Assembly (NCBI GenBank): GCA_030141605.1
Contig: JAQGDQ010000198.1
Coordinates: 1 to 64,000, forward strand
Reading direction: 5' to 3'
DNA from: Tubiluchus corallicola
Taxonomy: Eukaryota; Animalia; Priapulida
Length of the DNA stretch: 64,000 nucleotides
The notes beneath the pieces are model-generated. The model was not told the DNA's origin. It saw only the letters and a program-made list of their open reading frames with translations, and made no database searches. The position numbers and the translations under genes were made by a program. Below are positions 25,695-52,800 of this stretch, piece by piece (the stretch's first letter is position 1; each line of letters starts with the position of its first letter).

Positions 25695-28600
25695 TTAGAT
25701 AACCATTTGCTGTGTTGACAGTGGAGCTTGATGAATTTCACTCTCTGCTCCTTGTGCATGCAAAGCTGTTTCCTTGACACGTTCCTCGTGAAACGTTTCC
25801 AGTGCTCTGCGTTTGGCGATCTGAAAATTTTTGCCAACTGCAACCAATGTTGGTACGATTCTAGGAATATGACCTGCATATCCTGGCAGGGCTGCTTCAC
25901 ATCGCTGTAAACGGTTCTGATCTAGTAATGGAAATAAAGCAGGTTTCGTATTTTTTGATCTGTTTAAATTTTAACTATAATTCTGATTCCGTTGTTAGGC
26001 GCCATAGAATCCTACTTTGAAAACGGCGCGGTACAAAAATTTTTGTAATAATACATATGTGCGCTTGCACAGCAAAATCGTCCATAAGTTAGCAATTAAG
26101 CTTTTCTAGTTATTCACCTATCCCGAATCTCCATTTCATGAAAATCATTTTGATACCAAGCTCATCGCACTACGTTATTTCTAGGCTGAGATAAGTTGAG
26201 CAGGCTGAAAAACATAACCTTGAGAAAATCGCTGTTAAAATTAGCCATTGTTTTTTGTCGTGTTTCTACAAATGTTGATTGCTATGGACTTTGCAAGAAC
26301 GCATTGATGTTATGTTTAAATCCAGTAGAGGATTTCTGACGAAGATCTGGACTTGGCTACAGAAAATACCCGAAGCAAAATGATTGCTTTCATGAGCCAC
26401 TACCGGATGTATTTAGCATTTGTTTTTGTAAAAAAAATGACAGTTCACCAAATTTTGGTCCTTTCTGCTTTGAAGCATCATAACGTAGTTTCAACTATTC
26501 CGACTTATGGACGGTTTTGGTTTGCAAGCACACATATAACAATAATAATGTGATAAATTTTCACTCAATTGCAATACAATATATAAAATCCCGCAACTGT
26601 CCTTCTTTTCGTATATGGCTGGACTGGCCATTGACCAGATTTTTTTTCAAATGAGCACTGAAAAATTAAATAAATGAAACACTGAAACGATTTTATGATT
26701 AGGGTTTATGGGTGAGTGGATAGGCAAGCTAATATTTTCATGTGTACGGCGCTACCGGGGTTCGATACTCTGTTCGCAAACATTGGTTGTTTTTGTACAC
26801 GTTCGAACGTAGCTGAGACATCTGCCAGTTCAACTTTCAGGCATATCCTTGATAATGCGCCAAGTTTCAGTCATGCTAGAACCATTGCATAGGGTACGCT
26901 CTGCTGAATGCTAGATTCAGACTTGGAGTTTGCCAAAATGTATAAAAATATGAAACTTACTATTCGTCATTAGAATAAGCGTAGCCGACCCTGATTAACA
27001 TATTAGTATTTAGTCACGATTTTGTTTTGAAATTTTATAAAATTTATGAAACCATTTTGTAAATTGTTCAAATTACAATTTAAAAATTCAAATTATCTTA
27101 TAAATTAAAAAGCCGATCATTGAGGTTCGGGGCTTTTCCGCTGCGCAGATGGTGGCTTTTAATTTACGCACAGAAAAAACAAAATGCTAACGTTGCACTG
27201 AAAACTAGCAAATAAACGTACCCGCAAGTTTATCGTATTTATCAATCTGAAATTGTTTGAGAATCCGAGATACATCCTGTCGAGTGATTTCGGTTAGAGG
27301 TTCGAGTCTATGAAGCGTGGACGTCTCGACCAAGCGTCCAATGTGTGTCTGCGGCTTATTTATGCCTGAACGTATGCGGAAAAAATTGTTGATACCATTG
27401 CTACATTCCATTGCAAAAGTGTTGCCAACAGTGTGTGATCTGCCTGGTACAAATCCTACAATATAAAGCAAAAGTGATTTCATTACGGATTATGCGTAAT
27501 GAGTGTTTTATTATAATGTTCAACAGTCCACTCACTCAGGTGTGTAGCATATCAATCAGATATCTATCTGCTTATATATGAGATAGAGAGGGGATGAGAA
27601 GCGAGACAGAGAGAGAATGTGTGATGTATTACATTTATTTATATCGTTCATGTTTAAAAGATCAGGAACAACAAAATTGCTTCTCCTGCCACAAAAACAT
27701 TCATGATGACGCTGCTGTTATTAGTAAATCAGCGACAAGTATAAAATCTCTGCTTCGTGTTGTATATAAGTTGAATACAAAAGTCCCTGGCGCCATATAA
27801 AGTCAGTTAGTCAGTTAATCCACAATGTTAACGACGGTTACTTCAGCATAAAACACTCAACATTATACTTTTATGCTACTGTTACAAAATCGTTTTCTAT
27901 GACTTGCAGTCTTACGTATTTGTGGCTTTGATATTCAGGGAATTATTATCGGAATTTTCCTGTGTTATTCTCCAGCCTTAGTTGCTTTAAGAAGAACGAC
28001 ATCAGATTTGCTACTTTTTGCCTCTATGGCATAGATACTTCTTATCGTTAGTCATAAAAATTCTTTTATTTGTAACCCCTCGCTTTCTGTCAAGGCCAGT
28101 GGTTTTGTTTTGGGCGATCATACTTAAACAGCAATGGTAATGGTAGTCTATTGAGTATCACACATATAGTGGATGATTTTATTTTTCATGATGAGAGGAT
28201 AAGGAATTTAATTTAATGCACGTATTTCATGTACGCTCACAATAACATTTAAACATGTATGCTTATTTCGCATATTTTGAAGGTTAATGATTATTAAAAC
28301 TGGTCAATTTACCTGTATAACCAGGGATCATGTGCACTTTGACGGCTACATCAGTTTTTTTACGCGTTACCAAATCTGGTAGACTCGCTGATTCCAATTT
28401 AGTTGTTATTTCTTCATCAAATTCGTCGTTAAACCTAACACACTGACTTCTGCTTCTGAGTTTAGCCTATTAATAAGGCATTGTTTTGTACTATAATAAA
28501 AACACTATACGTGCGTAGTTAATCGAATGCAGCAAGTAAAACTCAATACATTTAACAAACGCGCATGCAATTCTACTAAAAATTTTTACAGTAGTGGTGC

Positions 28601-30243
28601 TGACCGAGCGTCTTATCTTTCAAAATAATATGTTTAAATTTACGTGCTCAAAATAATAATATTATAGATTTATGCAGTGGGTGTATGATCTAGTGTTTGC
28701 ACAAGTGTCAATGGTCATTTTTGACTAAGAAAGACAAAAACTGACACACCGTGATACACGACGTATACATAACAAACATACTGTATATGACAGATTTGAA
28801 CAAAATCAAAATGAAAAGCCAACACTTTTAGTTTTAGTATGTCATGCACACAGGCTAACGAAAATTAAACTCGTCTGCAGTGCAACATGCTTTTTCATCA
28901 TTTCAGATCGAGTTTCAGTTTTCGTTCAACTTTGAAACACTACGAAGAATGTTCGTGCATTATTAATTAGAGGGTAACTGTGAGTGTCATTAACGGTGTT
29001 AGCACGCTGTTGAATAGTACGTTAAACTGGGCAATAGCCGAATAGCGTCATCTTTCTGAAATTTGTCAAATTCTATGCAATTCGTAGATTATACAAAAAT
29101 ACTTTCTTATACGTTATTCTCCTCATGTACTGGTAATTGCAAAAGGCTTTTTAGAAAGAATGCCTCAGGCAGGTTTACTAAATGCTTATTACTTATTGTA
29201 CTATTAAATTAGATAAACGGAATTATATGGCAGATATAGTGGGCGAAGGTTTACGGAACGTAATTTGACCAGACACAGTTAAGTATTTTTTACTTGGAAT
29301 TTTCAACCGAATCTAGAGATAAATGAAAAGCTTTGCTTTACAAATATGGAGACGCTTCTAGATTGTTTTAATTGTCGTAACTGGGGTCGTGTAGAACGCC
29401 AAGATGTTAGTTATCCTAAAAGTTACTTTAATTTTCATTTATCTATGTGCATCACATACTAAATTTAAAAAGTTTTAGTTTTTCACATTAATTTTGCTCA
29501 AATTTGTCAGATACAGCATACTTGTGATATAAGTATGTCACAGCGTGAAAAACAAACCTGGATTAGACTTTTAAAAAACAACCTATCTAGAAACTATCTA
29601 ATACATTCGTTCAGAGGCATGAAACCCTGACACAAAGCCGTAAAGTTACCGGAGCTGATCTTGTTAGACGAATCCGATGAGTTCCTGACCCGAATGTATG
29701 TCCAACCATCTCATGTTGACACGGAACGTGACCAGAGTAGCTACCAAATTAAAATAATGGTAACATGTACTACAGCTTACTATGATCCGTACGCAACACC
29801 CTGTTTAGTGCAGTAAAAATAAATGATAATATAGCAAAATACGTTGAAAGGAAAACAAAAAATTTGTAGACGGATAAGTAAAAGAATTTTAAAGCACATA
29901 ATACGAATTAGTTTTCCGTGTGTTTACATTTTTTCTTTACTTTCTTCACACACATGCATGTGTTCAGTTTTTTGGGTAAAAGATTTAAGTGAGTGGTCAC
30001 TATGCGTTTTCAAAGACTGAAGTTCAGATCCTGCCACAGTCATCCACCAATTAATTAACTCTTGCTGTTGAGTGAGACGAACTCTTCAAAAAATGATACA
30101 CTTAAAGTAATAGCTTACCCGGGTATTTGTGCTCCTGGATTTAGCCCCATAAATTTGGCCCTGTCTTCATCAGTCGATTTTGTCCAGGCTAACTCAGCAG
30201 CTGGATTATATCCCGGCAACAGATCTTGCACTGTGGTTTTCAT
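25695..30243 (-). CDS. FAM166/C10orf82(SPMIP5)-like PGYxGHVP-repeat ciliary/flagellar microtubule inner protein, spliced
   Basis: Minus-strand GT-AG exons: 30243-30119 (MKTTVQDLLPGYNPAAELAWTKSTDEDRAKFMGLNPGAQIPG; in-frame TAA directly before ATG), 29740-29650 (YSGHVPCQHEMVGHTFGSGTHRIRLTRSAP), unresolved small exon(s), 28434-28313 (..VHMIPGYTG), 27455-27222 (FVPGRSHTVGNTFAMEC..), 25921-25695 (..EAALPGYAGHIPRIVPTLVAVGKNF..MVI*). Three PGYxG(H/F)(V/I)P repeats, two reconstituted across splice junctions. Confidence 0.85.
26135..26535. mobile_element. Dispersed repeat family, copy 2 (last intron of the FAM166-like gene)
   Basis: Collinear with 11285-11850, with an internal deletion. Confidence 0.7.
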
Positions 30244-30769
30244 TTACATTAAATAGAAGCGTTTTTGAAATCTAAGACAAAAGCTCAATTAGGTATAACA
30301 AAAATATCTGACAGCACGTAAGAAAACAACAGAATTAACACATAACAGAACCAGGTATCCAAGTACAAGCGCATGTGCTAAGGTAACGAGCGTCTAATTA
30401 ATTAATTAGCTGATAACTACAGACAGCAGTGGCGAATCCATTAAGTCTGCCGTCTTATGTTGATTGGTGCAGGTAGACTCCTTAGCATAGAATCGTTGAT
30501 TTAGGATCAGCAGAACCACCCGAACATTCAGAAAAACTGGGTTAAAAATTACGATGCTTGCGATCCTCGTCACATCAAATTTTTCAGACTTTCTAATTCT
30601 CAACTATTGATTCAATTTTGTTTGATGAAACGCAAAGAAGATCTAGTCATACGGCCAAGACAAAACGAATTTCCTTTCTGTTATTTAACTGGTTCATCAA
30701 CAATCGTGTCCTCTTGGTGACGGCTTTGCATTTCTGAACTGTATGTATACGTGGCGGTCTGGCCTTGGA

Positions 30770-30925
30770 TGTCTGTGTATGTGTGAATGCGTGCGTCTGT
30801 GCGTGTCGGTTCACGCGTGAGCGCACGCATGCATGTCGTGTGTGTCTATGCAGATTTGTATGTGTGTGCTTATTCTATATGTGTGCGTACGTTGACGCAC
30901 TCACTTGTATGTGTGCATGTGTTTG
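30770..30925. repeat. Degenerate (TG/CG)n dinucleotide tract
   Basis: gtgtatgtgtgaatgcgtgcgtctgtgcgtgt...; explains ORF 30765-30974. Confidence 0.7.
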
Positions 30926-33055
30926 GGTTGAAAGTGGTTTGATCTTCAGTTTTGTCTGCGCCATTAAACTTTAAAGCGGTTTTCTCAAGTTGACAAGGCT
31001 TGCATCGCTAGAAATCATTACTTGGTAAATGCTGTACTACATTTCAGAATAGAACAACGTTTGTATGGGAGCGATTGTCTATAGTTCCATACATTATTTT
31101 ACTAATTCAGGGACCATGGGAACATGTACCAGCTTTTTCCTGTTCCTTACAATCCCTACTATTTTAATATAATATTTTTATGATTTTCAATATATATTTT
31201 TTAATATAATATAAAATTAATGTCGAAATGTAGTTGGTAATTAGTAGGTAGTAATCAGCATTACGTATAGACTTAGATTTTTCAGTTGACAATATTAAAG
31301 GTTTGACATTGAACTTTAAATAATAAGATAATTTTCAAACTGCTCTTAGGCTAAAGGTTCTACTATAGAAAAGAAAGCAACTTTGCGACAAGGCTGCCTA
31401 ACATTCTCTCTGCAAACATTTGTCAGCCTTAGGTGATGTTCAGTCACTAGGACAAACGTGATGTCACGTATTTTTCTGAGTTGTTTTCTTAGGGCAATAC
31501 TGTCATAACATGTAATGGTCCAACCGTTCAACAGAAATGTAGACTTTATGGCTATGATTTAAGTTTTATCGCATACATCCAAACATACATAGACCTACAT
31601 GTTTATAGATAATGCACGATGCTATAAACATAGCAGTTGGGCATGAATATAAACGCTTTGCAAATAGGAGCACAGAAATTCTAAAACAATGAATTTTTAT
31701 TGATCTTCATGTGTTAAAAATGTTTAGCAAAACATTTTAATTATCTTTAATTTTGTTGCATGATACCAGTTTTTATTATATTATTATCAGTGTCATTGCT
31801 GTTGTTGTCACAGTTGCTAAAAAGCTTTGAGTTCTTATTCTGTCTGTACACCCTAAAAATTCGTCAACGAACGATGATCCAACCCATATCAATATCCGAA
31901 AACAACTACGTGTGTTAGAGAAAAGACCGTTCGACCGTGAATTAATTTCCCATTTATCGACGCTTAAAAATTTTATCGATTTGCAAAAATGGAAAATGCA
32001 TGATTTATTTGCAGAAACTGATTATAATAATGCGTCTATATGCATAGATGGTAGTAGCGCAGTAGTGCCTATCCATAGCGATATTTACACTCGATCATCA
32101 ATTGTAGCCATTTTTATCATCACCATCGTTATCACCCTCATTATTATCATCACACGGCGTTATTCTCAAAGTTTGTAAAGATATAACATGTTTAACAGAT
32201 CACGCTTATGCATACTTTTTGGATCAAGACTAAATTTGTTAGAAAAGCAAGAAATATGAATCAAAAATGTCCTTCAGACAACTGAAGACTGGTAACTGAT
32301 ACACAAAAATGAGCAGTTTCGTGAAAGTCAATATAGAGGCCGACCGTTTGAGTCAACCAAGAAGGCTGACCATTGACCATTTTTGAGATCTACTGCCATC
32401 GGGATGGCAGAATGACAGGCAATAATCTGTTCCAGAATTTTGTTCCTTGCTGTCATCCAAGGCACACAGCGGTAGGCACAACCTTTGTGCTGATCACGAA
32501 AACTTGAAACGAGAAGTCATAGGTCCAGACAGAGACGTAACTAACTAACTTGTGTATTTACTGCAAAACTGGTTCAATACCCGGAGTTAGTATCGGAAGC
32601 TTTTGTACGCAAATCACCTATGATTAACCTATTCGTTATGCTGCATTTTTAAAGCTGTGATTTTTATCTAGATATGGTACAGCCATGCGTAGTTTATAAA
32701 CATTTTTAGTACTAGTTAGCAATTAATATAAACATACGTCTGATTACCTCTACAGTTCTCGTGCCACAGAACCACTCCAGCTGTTCTACATCTAATAGCA
32801 AAAATTGATGAAAGACAAGTGGCACCCCCAATAATTTGCACCTTTGGTTCTATCAGTATTCCATTTTGTAAAATCAACTAAAATCTATGGAATAGCAATT
32901 CACAGCAGCATTTACAAAATAAAATGTCTACGTCATTTAGTAAATACTTTGAGAAATATAAACTGTACTTGGATGCCGAGCAAACCGTGTCATTCTAGCT
33001 GTACTAGTTTAGTTTTAAATGCCAATTAATATGTGCTTGTATTTCACCGTGTTTC

Positions 33056-33115
33056 ATAAATATAGGCGTGGCTCTGTAAGGTGTGTCCTCCATGCTACGA
33101 CGCCATTGGCCAATA
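33056..33115 (+). promoter_or_regulatory. Candidate Rh proximal promoter elements
   Basis: TATA-like cataaatata near 33056 and palindromic double CCAAT attggccaat (33106-33115), 150-200 bp before the Rh ATG; motif match only. Confidence 0.3.
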
Positions 33116-33257
33116 AAATATTTTAATGGTGAAGACCACACTAACAGCGTTTTAACAGGTACATTGGTTTTCGTGTCGCGATTTTCTTCTGCTGTTTTAA
33201 ACGCAAGCAGAGTTTTGGTTACCTTGTACAACAACAACAAAAAAACGAAATCTCAAA

Positions 33258-48308
<15,051 letters not shown>

Positions 48309-49871
48309 AACTAGTGCAAGGGTTCATCTTATAGGCACCTATAATCAGTAAAATATCGTTTTAGCGCCCTGTCTACTGTGGGTAAATGGAAAAAAACTTG
48401 ATCCCGCAACTCGTCAATTTGGCCATTTTGGACTGACTAACAGTGGGCCAGTAGGCAAATGACTACAGAAACATAAGTGTGAGAAAAAGTGGATATGCTG
48501 CGACTGCAAAAGTAGAGGGGGAAGAAAGAGCAAACAGAGGAGAGAGAGAGAGAGAGAGACAATAGAAGTGGGCCAGACCACAGAGGAGGCAAGAGGAAAA
48601 GTGGAGACAGCAGAGGGGGGAGACAAGAAGAGCAAAAAAGAACAGACAGGAAAAAGAGTAGAAAATTTAGTTAAGTGGAAAAATATACCAGGAACGTTTT
48701 TAACATCACATTTCATGCGGCAAACTGTGAAAAGTTAAGCACTATAAAGATTGTTATGATCACACAAAACAAATGTAAGCACTTCATATTCATAATTCAC
48801 TACAAGTTCTAAATCTCAAACATACGTGAGCAAATAACATGCATAATGGTTAAGAGTTGAGCATAATTCACCACATTTGGCACGTTTACCGCACCAACGT
48901 AAAATGCAAATAAGTTGGTAAGCTTTTGTGTTTAATTAATTACGCATGATTAGGAGAAAGTAGCTACAAATATCACATATCACAATGCCTCAGCCTCAGA
49001 TCTTTCTTGATTGTCTTATACTGTAACTTGTAGTGTAGTAGTTAAAATGTATTTCTCTTACAAGTGCAACGAATTATTTAAATATGAGATTATTTGGTCA
49101 ACCAAATGATTTTTTTAATCAATTACGCGATGGACATTTTTGGGATTAAGGATTTTCTGGTGAGTGTCTCGAGTCCTGTACAGTTGCCCATATAACCCGG
49201 GCACTAAAACGATATTAAATTTGCTTCATCGTCATTATGTTGTTAGAAAAAACATTCTTCTATTATTGTAGTGGGTTTGTAGTTAAAATCATTTAAATAA
49301 TCACGTTATTTATTGTAATGCACCCATTAATTTAGTTAGAATGAGAGCAACTTTACTATATACTGAAATATAGTGTAGTATAACACAAATTGTTGACTCA
49401 CGGCAATACTACAATACAAATAAATTGCATCTAACCATAAGAGCTTTTACCAAATATATAGACGAAAAGGGAACAAAGTGTTTTCTCAAGGTTTATACAA
49501 GCTTATTTTGGTTCTCAACTAGTGAATAGTGCACTAACGAACCAATATTTACTTATCTCTTTGGATTTTAGCTTTGTAAATAAAAATAGCAATAGGCATT
49601 CTATAAATTCAAACTAGAACATTGTAGCATTATAAAGTAATATAATAACAGTTTATTTTAAACAAAAACGGCACCTTTTAGCGTTTTATGTATTCTGAAT
49701 TAGCAAAAACATTAAAGTTTATGTTCTTCCAACAGGTGGTGAGAGCGGCAATAATAACTGTGTGACAGCAAACGAATTAAGATTTTACAATTGTGATTCT
49801 TGAATTGTTTAATAACCAACTAACATCTAACATAAAGCCTACCAAATCTACAAATTAAGTTAAAAGTATAG

Positions 49872-52800
49872 TTAAGAACCCTGATCAGACTTGATTATTT
49901 CCAAGCAATCGGCTTTGTCTCCATTGACGATTCCACCATGCAATGCTTTTTCTAGAACAAATGCATCCGCTGGCTCAATGCGTTTGTAATAATGTTCTTT
50001 TGTTTCTCTGATCTCAAAACCGTATTTCTTATAAAAGTTTATGGCTTGCTCATTATTAATCTGAACATGCCTGAAAGAAAAAACACGACAAAAATGTAGC
50101 AAATATTTAACTAGTAGCTTATTAGACAATTTCTTTAAAAAGTCAGTTCTAAAATTAATACAAAACATAGCAAGAATTTACAATCTAGATACTTTTTGTA
50201 TAGTTAGATCTGCTGCAAAACACTACATTTAGAACCAATTTACTAAATTAAAAGAACGTAAGAAGGAGGCCAAGCATAAGTTTAAAAAAAATTCCATTAT
50301 GTGTGTTTGTTCAGTGCCATCAATATAATAGATTGGTAATACCTCTTTGTTAGCCAAACAAGAAGCCGAAACAATAACAGACATATGTTATATAAGCTCA
50401 ACAGATACTAGCTATGCACCACACAGGTTACAATCATCATTAACAATCTGCCAAAGTCAACCATTTCAAGTTACATAATACTGAATGAAAAACCAAAATT
50501 TGACTTTTTTGCTGTGGATATAAAACATTTACTTTAGTAACAAATTAAAAATACAAAAGGAAAATGTATTTACAGTATCAGTACAATACAAATCAAAATA
50601 CTAACTTATATAAAAGAACAATACTAATCAGAACAAATGCTCAGACAGAAAATATTGAATTGTCAAATCTGAATATATAAATCATAACTTAATGTAAAAA
50701 TTGTTTTAGTGCTCCTGCCATTTTCATTTTTTTTCAAATCTACATGGAAAGTACAATGAGCATTTCATTGCTTCTATATCTGTCATTAGTTTCCTGTAAC
50801 ACGAGACACTTCATCCAGTGACGACTGTTCCTTATCGTCATGCAGTTAATTCAAACACTATACATATTCAGTTAGCTCAGATAACAATTATACTATTCTA
50901 TGCATGATCATAACGTGCAAAGACCATCATCATATACAATTTGCAATTTTAAGAAAATTTGTAGATTTTCTTCAAGTCACTGATGGAAAATTTGTCAACA
51001 AAAGTACGTGTAAAAAATTAGCATAAATGTTTCTGTTTCGAATCAGAAAATACAACAGTGGGTGTTATGCATTACACAGCCATCTAACACAGCCATCCAG
51101 ATACACTTATGGATAAAAATTAATAAACAATCGAATTTTATCTACTTACAAAAATATGCTGTCTATGTTGCCATCTCCAGAGCAGATTTCAAACACATGG
51201 TCTAACATCTTTGCTCCTACAATATTCATGTAACCTTTAAAACTTGTTTTCAAATTATTTACTTGGCTGTTTGCCTATCTACAGGTTTCTCAGCAAACAT
51301 GTACCAAAACTGCTTACATTGTCAGTAGAATAAACACAGAAATCAGCTTTTTCAGAGTGTACTGAGGAAAATATCTAAGGAGAGATGTGCCAACTGATTT
51401 CCTTACATCCAGTTTAATTTATAAAATGACTTCATGTCCTCTTTTAACACACTCTTTTTTAAGACAAACACAAAAGTATTTCACCATACTTTATCTGAAA
51501 ACTTCACCTGTTAGTTTGTTTTTATAAAGAAATGTAGCTTTACAAATGGCTGCTAGAAGAAATGATCACCACTAAATATGATGTATTTTGCTAGAAACAT
51601 GAAACCTACTTCACAAATTCATGGCAGCCTCCAACATAGATATAACTTCTTGTATAAAACGTACTTCGACGAATTATACGTTCGAACTGAATCGACAAGT
51701 TTTTCACGCTCTAACTTCAAAAATTCCTTGTGAGTGACTGCCATTATTAACGAATTATCAAAACATCTGGCCAGATTTCCATTTGCATTTCTAAGTAAGC
51801 GCAGAGTATCCAGCAAGGGTCCATGCTTTCCAGGGTGTTCATTAACATTTTTCCATATTTCACTACATGTAACTTTCCACAATTTTAAAATTTTTCACTC
51901 TAAGATGCACAGGCTAAGAAAATCCAAATTTTGCAATGCCACTACTTCCTTGAATCTCATTCCCTAATGAAAAATTATTCAGCACTTACCTATACCAAGG
52001 CGCCTGTAGGGAGCTAGGCAACCAAGAGTCATTATATATAGTTTTCTTTGTTTGTCACTGATGTCAATCCGACAGCAAACAGCACCAACGACTATGTCAT
52101 TATAAAATGCTAAAAAACAGGTAATAATAATTACTAGTGTTTAATGAGAAAAAAATCATAAAAATGATATATTATAATAAAGTAAAACTAGCTATATTGA
52201 TCAGTTATCAAAGACTATATCACAGAAGTAAAAAAACCTAAGTAAAAGCATATACAAGAGCATAGATTCTATATTTCATAACAAAAACAACCTAACATTT
52301 CCAACAATAACAGAGATCTCTTTGTTACATTACATATACTTCACAAGTCATAAAACAATAAACACCTAATAAAAAGTTATTGAACTAAAACTCAAAAATA
52401 AGTGTTTTGTATTTCAACCAGATGTTCGACAAATATAAGGCTATGACTTGAAAACAATACTATAAAAATTAAATATGCACAGCAACTGTATCAGTTAACA
52501 TGCTGAAACTTGTTCTTTTTTCATGCACTAAGTACAGAATTTGTGAACATCAGAATATTGTTAATTAATGCATACTTGCACACTTATCACTTATAGCTTA
52601 CCCAGCTTAGCTAGTTTTCCAGCTTCTAAAACATCTTTGTAGAATTTATCATTATAGGAAACCGGGAAAACGACCTGATTTAGCCGCTTGAGTTGCTTGA
52701 TATTATGTGGTGTCACATCACCCAATTCTATCCGTCCTCCTCTTGGACAAAAACTGCAAATAAAGAGAAAAGCTAGAATACTGAACATGCTCTGCTATAA

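Noticed and set aside
25655-25910. ORF-track ORFs 25655-25900 (-) and 25728-25910 (+)
   Set aside because: Wrong frame or strand; the motif-bearing frame is the exon 25921-25695
29985-30256. Apparent SINE body, or plus-strand ORF 30062-30256
   Set aside because: Better explained as the antisense of exon 1 of the FAM166-like gene
30370-30388. RFX X-box upstream of the ciliary gene (tgtgctaaggtaac)
   Set aside because: Only the 3' half-site matches the consensus; too weak to call
51619-51967. Overlapping 87-aa and 77-aa ORFs in NAA50 intron 3
   Set aside because: No recognisable domain and not needed for the NAA50 reading frame
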